64,000 nucleotides of DNA from Malacoraja senta (lineage: Eukaryota): NCBI GenBank assembly GCA_038087875.1, contig CM075989.1, positions 14,386,001 to 14,450,000 of the forward strand, in the 5' to 3' direction. Positions within the stretch are counted from its first letter, which is position 1, and the number at the start of each line of letters is the position of its first letter. Positions 26,600-39,150 of the stretch are shown in pieces. The notes beneath the pieces are model-generated. The model made no database searches, was not told the DNA's origin, and saw only the letters and a list, made by a program, of their open reading frames with translations. The translations under genes were made by a program, and so were the position numbers.

Positions 26600-27095
26600 T
26601 GTTTCAGTCACAGTTCCTGAAGACAGGAATGATGGGTGAGTGGGACTTGATTCAATAGGCTACTGGAAGTAGAGTTTAGGATGACCTCAAGTTTACAGAA
26701 GATGAGGCACTGTAGGACAACTAAGAACATTTTGGAATTGTTGGGTCCAGACGTAATAATGGTGTCGATGAAAGTTTGAATCCCAGATAAATCAAAGGGA
26801 GGGCGAGGGTATCAGACGATGTTACAGAAATGTAAATAAGCAGTTTTGTTGACAGTGGGTTAAGAAACATCTTAGGATTAAATTTAATGCTAAAGTTGCA
26901 AACAGGCTGATTCAGCCTTGGACAGTTGGTGGGAAAGAGATGGTGTCTATGGCAAGGACTGAAAACAAAGACCAGAATGTTCCCAGTATTTAATTGGAGG
27001 TGTTTCTTGCCTAGCCAGTGTTGGATGAAGGAAATGTCTAATAAAATGGCTGGGCTAAGCAAGATTGTGCTGAGATTTAGTTGGGTCATTGGTTA
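26600..27095 (-). mobile_element. Decayed L2-like LINE
   Basis: IQHWL...LQLN.G..., RLNQ.V.N and RLD-like ORF2 remnants. Confidence 0.55.
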
Positions 27096-27104
27096 CTATG
27101 ACTT

Positions 27105-27440
27105 TAGAATATAGAACAGCCCTTTGTCCCATAATGTTTGTGCCAAACATGATGCTTATTTAAATTAATCCCTTATGCCAGCGTGTGTTCCATTTTCCTC
27201 CATTGCCTGCATATTCATTTATCTATCAAAATGCCTCTTAAACACCGCTGTCGTACCTGCTTCCACCACAACCCCAGCTAGAGCGCGTTCCATGCATCTA
27301 CCACTCTCTTGTAAAAAACACTTGCCCTGCACATCTCCTTTAAGCATTCCCCTTTTGCCTTTATAGCTATGATCTTTAACAATTGACACTTCTGTGCTGG
27401 GAAAAGGTTCTGTCTGTCTACCCTATCTATGCCTGTTATG
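27105..27440 (-). mobile_element. Degenerate CR1 3' end
   Basis: GIDRVDRQNLFP...YKRVVDAWNAL. Confidence 0.7.
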
Positions 27441-28360
27441 TTAGTATTATGCCACCTCAACATTTGCTTGATGCATAGAACATGGCACAGATTTACCAAT
27501 TTCAGAAGGATGCATTATCAGGGGTAGAATCTTTTGCGATTAAGGCATGGAATGTACTAGGCTGGGTCTGAAGCTCAATATTTGTCTGAGTACATACAAT
27601 TACTGTATAAATATTAAGGACCTAAATTTTTTTTTTAATCTGTTTTTACTACAAATGCACAATATCCCATCATACCGGGAGTATGTGGAGCATTACTATT
27701 TTTTGTGGTCTTCTGCCTAGTGACATCACACACGGCCAACTCTGTAAAAATTATCCACAAAGAAATGTCGATAAAATCAAACAGGTAATTAATTATTCTG
27801 AAAGCAAAATGTCACGCAGCATCTATGGAGTGAGAAACAGGGTTAAACTTGGGTCAATAATCTTTTAGCCAACTAGAAATATATTTTCAACATCTTCTAT
27901 TTTATTTCAGGTAATTTTACTCATTAATAATAAAGGCAAACAGCGCTTCGCTTATACCTACAGGAGATTATGAAAGGACTGGACTAGCTGGATGCAGGGA
28001 AAAAATATATATTCATTGTTGATTTAGGATAGTTCACAGTTTTACCATTACTCTATGACAAATACTGATTTTAGGTAGCATAGTTTTTCATCGATATGCT
28101 GTGGATGCTGTGGCAGAATTTTATCTGGGACTTGGCCTGGTAATGCAGGCAAAGCTTTGATTGCTACATGTGTGTCATCATTTAATACGGTGTCAATTAT
28201 TTTTGCTTGGTACTCTGAATTTTAGTTTGTTTTTGTCTTGAAAAGGTCACAAAGCAATCTTTAAACTTTGTTTCCCCAAATAAACACTGATATTCAAAGG
28301 TTCTTCTTTGATGGCTTTGGTTTTCCACTCACTGCCATATTTTAATCTTGTTATTTCTAG

Positions 28361-28417
28361 GGAGCTCAAATGATCTTCAGTGCAGCAAAAGACTTGGGCC
28401 AGTTATCAAAGCTAAAG
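28361..28417 (+). CDS. UNC13C: UNC13C coding exon: GAQMIFSAAKDLGQLSKLK
   Basis: Acceptor ttatttctag| and donor |gtaaca; 57 nt, phase 0-0. Matches the conserved Munc13 motif QMIF.AAK(D/E)LGQLSKLK. Confidence 0.92.
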
Positions 28418-29315
28418 GTAACAGTATGAATGTATTGGCTGTAGTAAAAGTCGCTTCTATTTAATCTTGCCCTCCCAAGTGGTTTCCTCTTAAAATCCAT
28501 ATACCAGACATACATCATAATGATTGAAATTCCTTGCGTGAAGCTAACCGAAATATATTCTAGAACTAAACTATTCCAGTGATTCTTTACATTGGGCATG
28601 GTTCTTCAGTACGACTCAAAATGATGTGTGTGGGACTCTGCCAATTATAATTTACATATCCCTGTCAAAATATGCTTCATACTGAATCATAGCAAATAAG
28701 CATGTCATTGAAAATAGAAACTCTTTAGTATTTCAAAGATGCATTCCCTGGAAATTCAGGCAGAACATTCAGGTCATCAGAACGTTCTATATTTTTAATT
28801 GATGGGGAAGCACTCAAAGGTTAGATTAAAGGCTTTTATCAAAAGCTCTTTGCTATTTTTGAATGGTAATGTAAAAGAAAACTGGAAGTAATAATATGCA
28901 CATTCTGAAACACGGCTGGAGCAAAAATATGTGAAAAACAGTTTAATTGTCTATAATGTGATTCAACTCAGGCAGAATTACCCTATTCTAGTCCGTAGAA
29001 ATATTTAGTATGTTTTAAAGTAAGTCAAAATATATAGAGTGAAATTCAGTAGTTGAGTATTTCTAGCATCATTGTTATATTGTAAACATTTAAATTGCAT
29101 TAACTGGATGCTGCATGTTGGTCAATTCAAGATTATGCATGCATTTGCTTTCACTGAATGTGCTGTTACTAGTAAAATGTGTTTAAACTAGTCTGGCAGG
29201 GGATTGATACCCAAAGTAGTGGTGTAGTAGATGAGAATATTGAAACAAATATAGAAATTAAAGCCAGAAGGAAACAGTAAGCAGACCAGGGAGCAATACC
29301 CAAATTGCATTCTCT

Positions 29316-29885
29316 GGTTCTCTGGATACTTTCAAGAGAGAGTTAGATAGGGCTCTTAAAGATAGCAGAGTCTGGGGATATGGGGAGAAGGCAGGAATGG
29401 GGTACTGATTGGGGATGATCAGCTATGATCACATTGAATGGCGGTGCTGGCTCGAAGGGTCGAATGGCCTACTCCTGCACCTATTGTCTATTGCATTTAT
29501 TTTAATGTACAAAGCCTGACAGATAATGCAGAGGAGCTCAGGGCACGGATTGGCACCTGGCATTGTGATATTTTAGCTAGCACGATAATATGATTGAGGT
29601 ATTGACAGGACTGGCAGCTCAATGCTCCTGGGTGCAGATGCTGCAGGTATGATAGAGGTGGAGGTAAGATAGGAGAGGAGAAGTTGCAATATTGACAAGG
29701 GAGAATATTATGGCAGTGGTTAGAGAGAATATTCCTGGGACAATGTCCAGTGTAGTTAAATAGGTACAATTTAGAGAGATATGGGCCAAACATGATAAAA
29801 TGGAGCTGGCTCAGGAAGTCATCACTTGGTCGGCATGTTCAAATTGGGCCAAAAGACTGTTTGTGTGCTGTATAACTCTGTGACT
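29316..29885 (+). mobile_element. CR1 fragments (young 3' end plus older endonuclease and tail pieces)
   Basis: ggatactttcaagagagagttagatagggct...ctattgtctattg, then an ELRA.IGTW..DI-like endonuclease remnant. Confidence 0.75.
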
Positions 29886-30115
29886 ACGACATTGAACCTC
29901 TAGCCCTACTTTGCTCTTGGTAAATACTGTCAAGCTCCTTGAGATATATATATTAATCTAGGTTACTATATATACTAGTTTCTTAAACTATAACGAGTAA
30001 TGTTAATGTTATGGCTAGTTACTTATTTCTCTGGTAAGCGGAGTAATGTTTTGATCATATCATTTTGCAATATATTCACTAATTAAACATGTTTCGTTTG
30101 ATAAACCTCAATTAG

Positions 30116-30196
30116 GAACATGTGATTCGGGAAGAGGTGAAAAGTCTCAGTCCTCGCCAATGTGCAATAATGGAAGTCGTGTTGGCCACCATAAAG
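30116..30196 (+). CDS. UNC13C: UNC13C coding exon: [27 protein letters not shown]
   Basis: Acceptor attag| and donor |gtattg; 81 nt, phase 0-0. [15 protein letters not shown] is characteristic of UNC13C rather than UNC13A/B. Confidence 0.93.
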
Positions 30197-31202
30197 GTAT
30201 TGCCTGGATTCTGTGTGAGCACAGATCCATTCATCAATTAATGTGTTATTGTTCAATGTTGATCACAAATGGGATCTTCTAAAGGAAGAAGTATCTTTGT
30301 CCACCCTGAATGAATCTGTGTACAATGATGGAGGTTGCCCAGCAGAGAGAGTGCAGAATCTCACTGTTCCAGAAACATGGAGGGCACAATGAAGAGATGG
30401 AATGATCACACTGATGTCCACAGGTGGTTCACAATGGACAATAATGAATCTACTGCCTGTTTTCTGCCTTAACTAATTTTCTTTCTTCTCAACTCTTTCA
30501 CTTTATTCCCAAAGCCAGATTTGGTCAGTTATGGGTGGCCAGTGCCTGTGGTAGGTTGCTGCACGCATCTGGTACCTTTTCTCCAAAAAGCCGGTGCATT
30601 TTTATGCAGTAATGTTACATTTTGTTGTTATGCCATTGCACATCTAAAGCTATGTCATTGTTAGATGCTAAAATCATTAGCTCTGCATTCACTACCCCTT
30701 CATATATAAAGCTGATAAAATATACCACATAATTCAAATGTGTCACCTGATAAAATTATAAAAATACATTCTCTTTTTCTTCTTTTGCATCAATACACAC
30801 TTATAGGCTGGATCATTTTAGACTACAATTATTTTCCCAATGCTGTTGATAAATGAAAAGATGAGAAGCAGCAACAGTGTGAAATTGGCTGCCCTAGGCT
30901 TCCAGTTGCTTACTGTAATCATTGTTTTTGATGTAAAAATAGTTATTAGTCAGAAACACTAAAACAGAGGGAGTTAATCTCCAGCACACACTGACTAATG
31001 CACAGCTGCCCCTCATGCAATCCAGTGACAGCTTTGGTAAACAGATAGATTTAATATATTACTGAATAATTTGCACAATATGGCAAATGCACAGAGGACA
31101 CAGTGTGTAAACCCCTTCTTCTCCATTTTCAACCAATGAATTTCCAAGGTAGCACCTTGCCCTGTTATTTTCTAAATTCAAAGCCTATAATCGCCTGTCT
31201 CC

Positions 31203-31357
31203 TGTGTAGGAAGGAACTGCAGGTGCTGGTTTACACCAAAGATTGATACAAAATGCTGGAGTAACTCAGCGACCCAGGCAGCATTTCTGGATAGAACCGT
31301 TCCTTCTATCCAGAGATGCTGCCTGTCCTGCTGTTACTCCTGCATTTTGTGTTTATC
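31203..31357. mobile_element. Palindromic Penelope-like terminus (no hammerhead core retained)
   Basis: Inverted arms 31241-31296 and 31304-31357 of the same tail sequence. Confidence 0.75.
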
Positions 31358-32677
31358 GCCTTTCCCCTTCTGCCTGTTATGTCAACATTGCTGCCTTGGA
31401 AAGATTTCCTATTCCTTGCCTGCACTGCCAATTTAAAACCAATATTGGGGATTGTTGATTATTCCTGCTAATTCCCCTTTCCAGCAAAAGGTGAAGGAAT
31501 TCTCACATTCTGTTAGCATACTAACAGAAACATCTGGAATAATATTCCAATGGATTACTCAAGTTGAAATGTGAATTAGTACTTCATGTTGGTTTGAATA
31601 TTTTAGACTTTGATTTTCATTTTGGGATGTTTCTTTAGTTTTCATGATAGTTTGTAAAACAGTTAATAAAATAAATCAAGAAATTTGCTTCAGGCGTTGG
31701 AGGATTTGCTGGTACCTTTATTCACAGAAGCATGAAGGTCAGCTGTTGTAGCAAGATTCAATAGACATTAAGTGAAAATTTCACAGGGGTAACTCACTTC
31801 TGCAGATGCCTCACTTTAATAAAATGTTTTAAATCTCTCCTTCAGCAAAGGCCCACAGAGTCTACCTTTCAATAAACTTAACTGCTTTCAGAAATTTTCA
31901 TTTGGAATACCTTTTCATCCAACCTGTCTGTCTTTGTAGAGGCAAAATGTCCTCTTTGTTTACCACCACTGATTGCGGAGATGATTACAGCCAGCAGTTG
32001 ATACTTAGACACACAGATAGGTCTGGTGATTAAGGATGGATTTCTTTCCATTCACTTTCAATGCAGAGAGAAAGGGATTGAAGGGCATGGGGTATGTTGA
32101 GTTGACCTTGAATACACCCATCATGTGGTTCTCTAGCCCGAACATACAAGTCCAACGCGTTTCATGTCATTTGAGTTAGTTAGTCACTTGGAAAAACAAC
32201 ATTCATTTAACGTCTTTACCTTCTTTCATGGGAATACATTTCATTAAAAAAAGCGGATATTTAAAGCGGTTCTATTTTCATAAATTAGTTAAATATGACT
32301 ATTGATTAATAGATGCAATTACATTCTCTTTTTCCAGTTGCATTTGGGCAATAATAATCGTTTCAACTATTGAAGTGTGATCCTAAACGTAATTGAACTT
32401 TTGGTTGGAAACAGATAAAGAAAATGAATCAGCTCATTGGGGAATGGAGATGCCTTATCCAGTTTAGCCAGTTACTCATCAAAGCAGAGCAGATGTGAAG
32501 AATAAATCACAAAACAAAATTACCTATACAGAGTGTTGAAGTTGTTAGGAAAAGCAATAAAGCTGATATCTGCTCCTTTAAAAAAAAATATTTATCTGCA
32601 ATTAAACAACTATTGTAAGGTGGAATATGAAAGATTGACAATATTAATACATTTTTTCTGGATATTTACTGGGTAAC

Positions 32678-32755
32678 AAGTCAAGTCACAAGTCACATTT
32701 ATTTATATAGCACATTTAAAAAACAACTCTCGTTGGCCAAAGTGCTTTACATTTG
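32678..32755 (-). mobile_element. L2-type LINE/SINE 3' tail
   Basis: Minus strand tgtaaagcactttgg...aaatgtgctatataaataaa followed by (gactt)n. Confidence 0.55.
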
Positions 32756-33562
32756 TTATAAGAATAGTATAAACAGAAACAGTAAAACACTATAACAATG
32801 TTCCAGAGAATCTATTCATTATTCCAGCAGCAAACTGTTAATCCCCAGTGAGTATCATGATATTATGATTGATGAAAGCTTGGAAGAAAGATACAAACAG
32901 TGTTTGATCTATTTCTTATCTTATTATATTTTTCTCCATTTCCTGACACAGTGGAACAATTTTTTTGACATTGCAAGATGTTAATAGTCAGTCAACTATT
33001 CAGGTTTATAGTGTTGAATTCTCTGTTACTTTATCAAACCCCTGTACGTATGGAATATCTTCTAAAGTGGAGATGTTTTCCGTCTTGTCATACTGTATCT
33101 GAGTAATAGTGAGACAATGGTGAGAATATAGCCAGACAAACAGATTTTCCCTGGAAGTGATCGTTAGACACTGAATATACCTGTCATGTTGCAGAAGATG
33201 ATTGACCCTGACATACAAGTCCAACATAATTTCTGTCATTTACACCGTGATTAATGGCGGCTGGTGAGATTGACATGGCATTTTGATGTTCTGTAATAAT
33301 AAGGAGTGGGTGGAAGGTACGATGCAGAATAGCGGTGGTGAGGGCCATCACTTTTAAATGGATTTTTAGATGAGTGTGATTGAGAACAAGATTACAAATT
33401 TGATTCACACCATATGGTCAAATTCAGAACTTGCTTAAAAACTCAATAATATCTGCAACTGCCCCATTCAGGCCCACCTGTGGCTTGTATCATGTAGAAA
33501 CAGGGAACTGCAGATGCTGGTTTAAAAAGACACAAAGTGCAGGAGTAACTTAGCAGGTTCAC

Positions 33563-35055
33563 CCTGACGGCATCCCCGGGCGCGTCCTCAGGGCCTGTGC
33601 AGCACAGCTGACAGACGTCTGGACTGACATCTTCAACCTGTCACTTGCCCAAGCAGTTGTGCCCACGTGCCTTAAATCCACCTCCATCGTGCCGGTGCCA
33701 AAACACTCCACTGCGGCGAGCCTCAACGACTTCCGCCCAGTTGCACTTACTCCCATCATCGCCAAGTGCTTTGAGAGGCTGGTCCTGGCACACCTCAAAG
33801 GCTGCCTACCCCCCACATTGGATCCCTATCAGTTTGCCTACCTCATGAACAGGAGTATGGAGGATGCCATCTCAACGGCACTTCACTCCGCCCTCTCCCA
33901 CCTCGACAACAGAGACACTTACGTAAAAATGCTGCTCATCGATTACAGCTCAGCATTCAACACCATCATACCCTCTAAACTGATCACCAAACTCGGTGAC
34001 CTGGGCATCGACCCCTCCCTCTACAACTGGATACTGGACTTTCTAACCAACAGACCCCAGTCTGTTAGGTTAGACAAGCACACCTCTTCAACCCTCACCC
34101 TGAACACCGGCGTTCCACAGGGCTGTGTGCTGAGCCCCCTCCTCTACTCCCTCTTCACCTACGACTGCACACCTGTACATGGTACTAACACCATCATCAA
34201 GTATGCAGATGATACAACGGTGATTGGCCTCATCAGCGACAACAATGAGTCGGCCTATAGGGAGGAGGTCCAGCTCCTAGCAGCATGGTGCGCTGACAAC
34301 AACCTGGCCCTTAACTCCAAGAAGACTAAGGAGCTCATTGTAGACTTCAGGAAGTCTAGGGGCGGCAAGCACACCCCCATCCACATTAACGGGATGGAGG
34401 TGGAACGTGTTTCCAGCTTCAGGTTCCTGGGGGTCAACATCTCCGATGACCTCTCTTGGACCCACAATACCTCAACTCTGGTCAAGAAGGCTCACCAGCG
34501 TCTCTTCTTCCTGAGGAGACTAAAGAAGGTCCATCTGTCTCCTCAGATTCTGGTGAACTTCTACCGCTGCACCATCGAGAGCATCCTTACCAACTGTATC
34601 ACAGTATGGTATGGCAACTGCTCTGTCTCCGACCGGAAAGCACTGCAGAGGGTGGTGAAAATTGCCCAACGCATCACCGGTTCCTCACTCCCCTCCATTG
34701 AGTCTGTCCAAAGCAAGCGTTGTCTGCGAAGGTCGCTCAGCATCGCCAAGGACTGCTCTCACCCCAACCACAGACTGTTTACCCTCCTACCATCTGGGAG
34801 GCGCTCTCTGTTGTCGGACCAGTAGGTCCAGGAACAGCTTCTTCCCTGCGGCTGTTACACTACTCAACACTGTACCTCGGTGACTGCCAATCACCCCCCC
34901 CCCCCCCCACCCCCGGACACTCCTCCCACCAGGATTTATTAGATTTATTTATTGCTCATATTTATGTCGCTCTTCTAGGGAGATGCTAACTACATTTCGT
35001 TGTCTCTGTACTGTACACTGCACAATGACAATAAAGTTGAATCTGAATCTGAATC
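33563..35055 (+). mobile_element. Rex1/Babar-clade non-LTR retrotransposon, 5' truncated, with an open RT frame
   Basis: Frame open from [13 protein letters not shown] through [46 protein letters not shown] and YADD; tail ATGACAATAAA plus (tgaatc)n. Inserted between the arms of a Penelope palindrome. Confidence 0.88.
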
Positions 35056-36224
35056 AGAGATGTTGCCTGACCTACTGAGTCACTCCAGCACTTTGTGTCT
35101 TTTTTGTGGCTTGTGTCACATCACCTTTTTACCACCCAGCTCTCTCCTATGAGGCAGACTTCCTGACCGCATCAAAGTCCCAAACACTTAAAAATATCTC
35201 AATTATTTGATCAAGAAAATCTATCTGGATGACCGTCAGGTACCATGGATGAAGACAAAGCCCCAACACAGTTCTAGTAACTCTGTATATAAAAGGTTTC
35301 TTAAGTAATTTCAGATATTTTGTATCAAGATCTGTCAAAGGATTCTTCCTCCAGCATTGCATGATTCACAGTAAATCTTCACAGATGATATGTAAAATTG
35401 ACATGTGTGGAAAATGAAAGGAACCTGTTCCCATGTGTTAATCGACATAATGGGCTTTATACCATTATAATTAAATTAATAGTTAAATAGAAAAGATTCT
35501 CTCTCCCAGCTTCTTACCTTGGCGTAGAATAACCTTATAGCCTGTTCCTTTTATGTAAGAATTTACATATTTAAGTTTACACGTAATCTCATAGATGATA
35601 AGACAAGTGAAAAGCTAATTGTGACAACTACAAGATTTCTGAATAGATTAATATAATATAACCATGTTTTTTCAGCTCAAGTCACTGCAATATGTAAATG
35701 GGAGGGTTGTTCTGACTGCATCACAAAAAAAATAGATAAGCACCTCGGGTAAAAATCATCTCTCATTCATTTGCAGAATTAAAGTCCATTGTACAGGTAG
35801 ATTGCTGAAAAATCACAATAAATCAATGCTATATTTAGTTACATCAAATTAATAAAAATAAGCCTCCAACGCATTGTATAAGTAATTTATGGATTCCTAT
35901 GTTATATAACCCACTTACCAAAGAAAGTTGAGTTTATTTTTATATGCATAAGTACAGTGTGATACAGGAACAATGAAAATTGCAGTAGCATCGCAGGCAT
36001 ATAGACTTGGACTCAGATAGATTGGGACAGACCATTGACAAACAGTGATCAAGCAAGATGCAGGATTGTTGCAGCAGGGTTTGGAGAAGGTTGGGGTTTA
36101 TGGAGGCAGAAAGGCCTGTAAATAAGGTTAAAATGTAAACTACAGATGGTGGAAATCTGAAATGAAAATAAATGTTGGAATCAAGCAGAGCTCAGGCTGC
36201 ATCACAGAGATTCATTAAGTTTAC

Positions 36225-36470
36225 AGCAGAGAAATGGACCCATCAGCACATCACATCCATGCCAACCTTTTTGTTCAACTACATTAAACCCATTTGCCTG
36301 CATCGTGCCTATAACCTTCTATGCCTTGCCTATTCAAGTGTCTGTTTAAATGTCTCTTAAATATAGTAATTGTATCTGGCTCCACCATCTCCTCTGTGTA
36401 AAAAAAAAACATTCTTCAGACCCCCTTTAAACCTCCTTCCCCTCGCCTTAAATCTATGCCCCTCTTGTTT
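36225..36470 (-). mobile_element. Degenerate CR1 3' end
   Basis: tgtctgtttaaatgtctcttaaa...cccctttaaacctccttcccctcgccttaaa. Confidence 0.6.
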
Positions 36471-36804
36471 TAACTGTGATAGGGTGAGGTTACAGTTGCT
36501 GTGCAGGTAAGTTCTCAAGTTTAATGTGAACAGTTAGATTACATGTATAATTTGTTGCACGTAGTTGGACTGTGTTCAGCAATTCAGCCTGTAATAATAC
36601 AGAGGAAATCTCAATGGATGACATATGGCAAGGATGTCAACCTTTACTCTCAGTTTTTCTGTCTGTGCCACATTTCCATTCCAGGACATCTGAGATGTTC
36701 TCTATATTCAGCAAATATAGAGAATGCCATGCTGTTATGGATGCAGCCCTCACTTTGTTCTCCTCTGTTTCCTACAGTTCTGTTCAGGTGCTGTCTATAC
36801 GGAG

Positions 36805-37135
36805 ACATCCGGTACTGGGGATTTATCCACCTCATCCTTCCATCAATATCCCTCCCTCCAGCTTGACATTTCACTCCTCCTTTATCTGGCACTCTTTTGT
36901 CTCCATTTCACCTCTAGCATTTGTCACTATCTCCACCGATCACACACTCATCCTCACCTGTATCACTTGCCAGGCTTTGCTCCACCCCTACCTCTCTTTT
37001 CCAGCTTTCTCACCCTCCCACTCCATAAGTCTTAAGAAGGGTACCAACCCAAAACATCATCTCCACAGAAGCTCCCAGTCCCACTGACTTCCTCCAGCAT
37101 TTTATTTTTTTCCAGCATCTACGGTCTTTTATATC
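36805..37135 (+). mobile_element. Penelope-like terminal repeat with degenerate hammerhead (~37030-37060)
   Basis: Pyrimidine-rich repeat like 22960-23200, then agtcttaagaagggtaccaacccaaaacatc and the tail. Confidence 0.65.
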
Positions 37136-38090
37136 TTCAGTGGAACATATAACTGAAAAACAAATAAAGTCATTTAGGGTCACTTTGTTTGGAAACAGAA
37201 TCCTTTGAGATGAAAACAATGTGTTTTTTGACAGAGAATGATGTGTTTTGAAAACTTATACAAGTGAATTTCAATATTTACTCTGAAGGTCTAAAATATT
37301 AATTCTTAAGATTCAAGAGACAATAATGCACTCTTTAAGTATGTTTGGTGAGAACAGATAAATCTATTTTATTTTAATGCATTAAAACACACACTCATGA
37401 ATACATACCACTTCCTTCCTGCTGTTTCATTTAAACTCAACCAGGTCATTGACATTTTTATGAATCAACGAGCATTACTCCAGAGGCCGTGGCCATGGAT
37501 AGCCCAGGGCTGGGAGTTTTGTTATGATGGTTAGGAGCCCATCTAAATGGACATGCCACTTTTATGCCACTGCTCAAGTACAGCCCTGGGGAAATGAATT
37601 AAATGCCTCCACCAAGGATGAAAGGGAAATTATTAGAGAGGTTTCTGTGGATTGGGAAATCTTGTGAACCCCTAGGTCCTCTTCTTAGGCTAGAAATCAC
37701 AATACTACTAACAAAATGTCAGTTGGAAATACATCCCTTTCTGGCACTTCTAAGCACAAATGTGCAAAGTACAAAATAGGTGTCAATCTCAATGCTACAT
37801 TAGCACAGATTAGCACAAAACAGTGTGACGTAACGTGATCTATAGAAGTATATTACCAATGTAACTGAACCAGTGTAATCACATACACTATAATCAATTA
37901 TAATTTATTATTACAACTAAATAATCATCAATGACATCAAGAAATTATTACCAAAAGTACTAATAACAAAATAAAAAATGCAGTCTTCTTGCTTGAGTTG
38001 AGGAGATGCGTTATATATGTTGAGGTCAGAGATCAGATAATGTGCATGACCACTGGATTGGAGAAGCAAAACTCCACAATAGTTTTTTTT

Positions 38091-38398
38091 ACTTTAGACT
38101 TTAGAGATACAGCGCGGAAACAGGCCCTTCAGCCCATCGAGTGCACCAATCAGCCCGATCACCCCATAGACGAACACTATCCTACACACGAGGGATAATT
38201 TACAATTTTTATTGAAGACAATTAACCTACAAACCTGTACGTCTTTGGTGTGGGAGTAAACCAGAGCACCCAGAGAAAACCCACGCGGTCACAGGGAGAT
38301 GTACAAACTCTGTACAGACAGCACCCATAGTCAGGATCGAATCCAAGTCTCTGGCACTGTAAGGCAGCAACTCTACCGCTAAGCCACTGTGCCACCCC
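38091..38398 (-). mobile_element. V-SINE, full length
   Basis: Tail, V-domain, B box and head gggGTGGCACAGTGGCTTAGCGG on the minus strand. Confidence 0.85.
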
Positions 38399-39026
38399 AT
38401 TTTAATTGGACTTTGTTTATGAAAAAGTTTGGAATCAACAATGAATTTAGTCTGAAATGCTTTCTGGTCTAATTATTTTAAGGCAATTCTCTTGCAAAAT
38501 TTGTTCTATACCTGAGGTTTAGCAGTTATACTGTTGGAAGGAGCATCTGATTTCATATTTTGATGGTTCGCCATAAATTGTCAATGTACCTCTTTCACTA
38601 ATTGCATTGATGTTCAGATTTTCTCCTAAACTTACAAAATGCACCGTCAGCTGAACACTTCTAAACCAATAAACCATTGCACAGTTTAAATCCTGTAGTC
38701 TAAATTTGAATTGTGTTCATTGGAAAGTTGATAGTGGAATTAGAAATTCAGTATTTTAAACAATTAAGAAGCTTGTCAGAATTGGGAAAGTTACAACATT
38801 TTACTTCAACCTATTTGAAAATGTTTAGTGGAGAAAGAATGTTTAATAGATTTGCCTCACTCCACAACTGAACCGTGAAGGTTATGACAAAATTAGACCA
38901 GTGAATGTGCAGTATAGTGGGATAACTAGGTTTTTTTCAAAGCTTCACCTCAAATTGACTGCTGAATAGAAAGCCTCTGTATTCAGACAGTTGTAACTGT
39001 CAGAAGTAAAATGAGTTATTGTGTTT

Positions 39027-39150
39027 CCGAAGAAGGGTCCTGACCCAAAATGTCGTCTGTCAATTTCTCTCCACAGATACTGCTTGACCCACTGAATTTC
39101 TCCAGCAGTTTGTTTTTTGCTGAAGTTCCAGCACCTACAGTTTCCTGTAG
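39027..39150 (+). mobile_element. Short Penelope-like terminus with degenerate hammerhead
   Basis: ccgaagaagggtcctgacccaaaatgtc followed by the tail. Confidence 0.7.

Noticed and set aside
28921..28947. GCAAAAATATGTGAAAAACAGTTTA translates to AKICEK, resembling the missing exon
   Set aside because: It lies downstream of the GAQMIF exon (wrong order), has no acceptor, and similarity ends after six codons.
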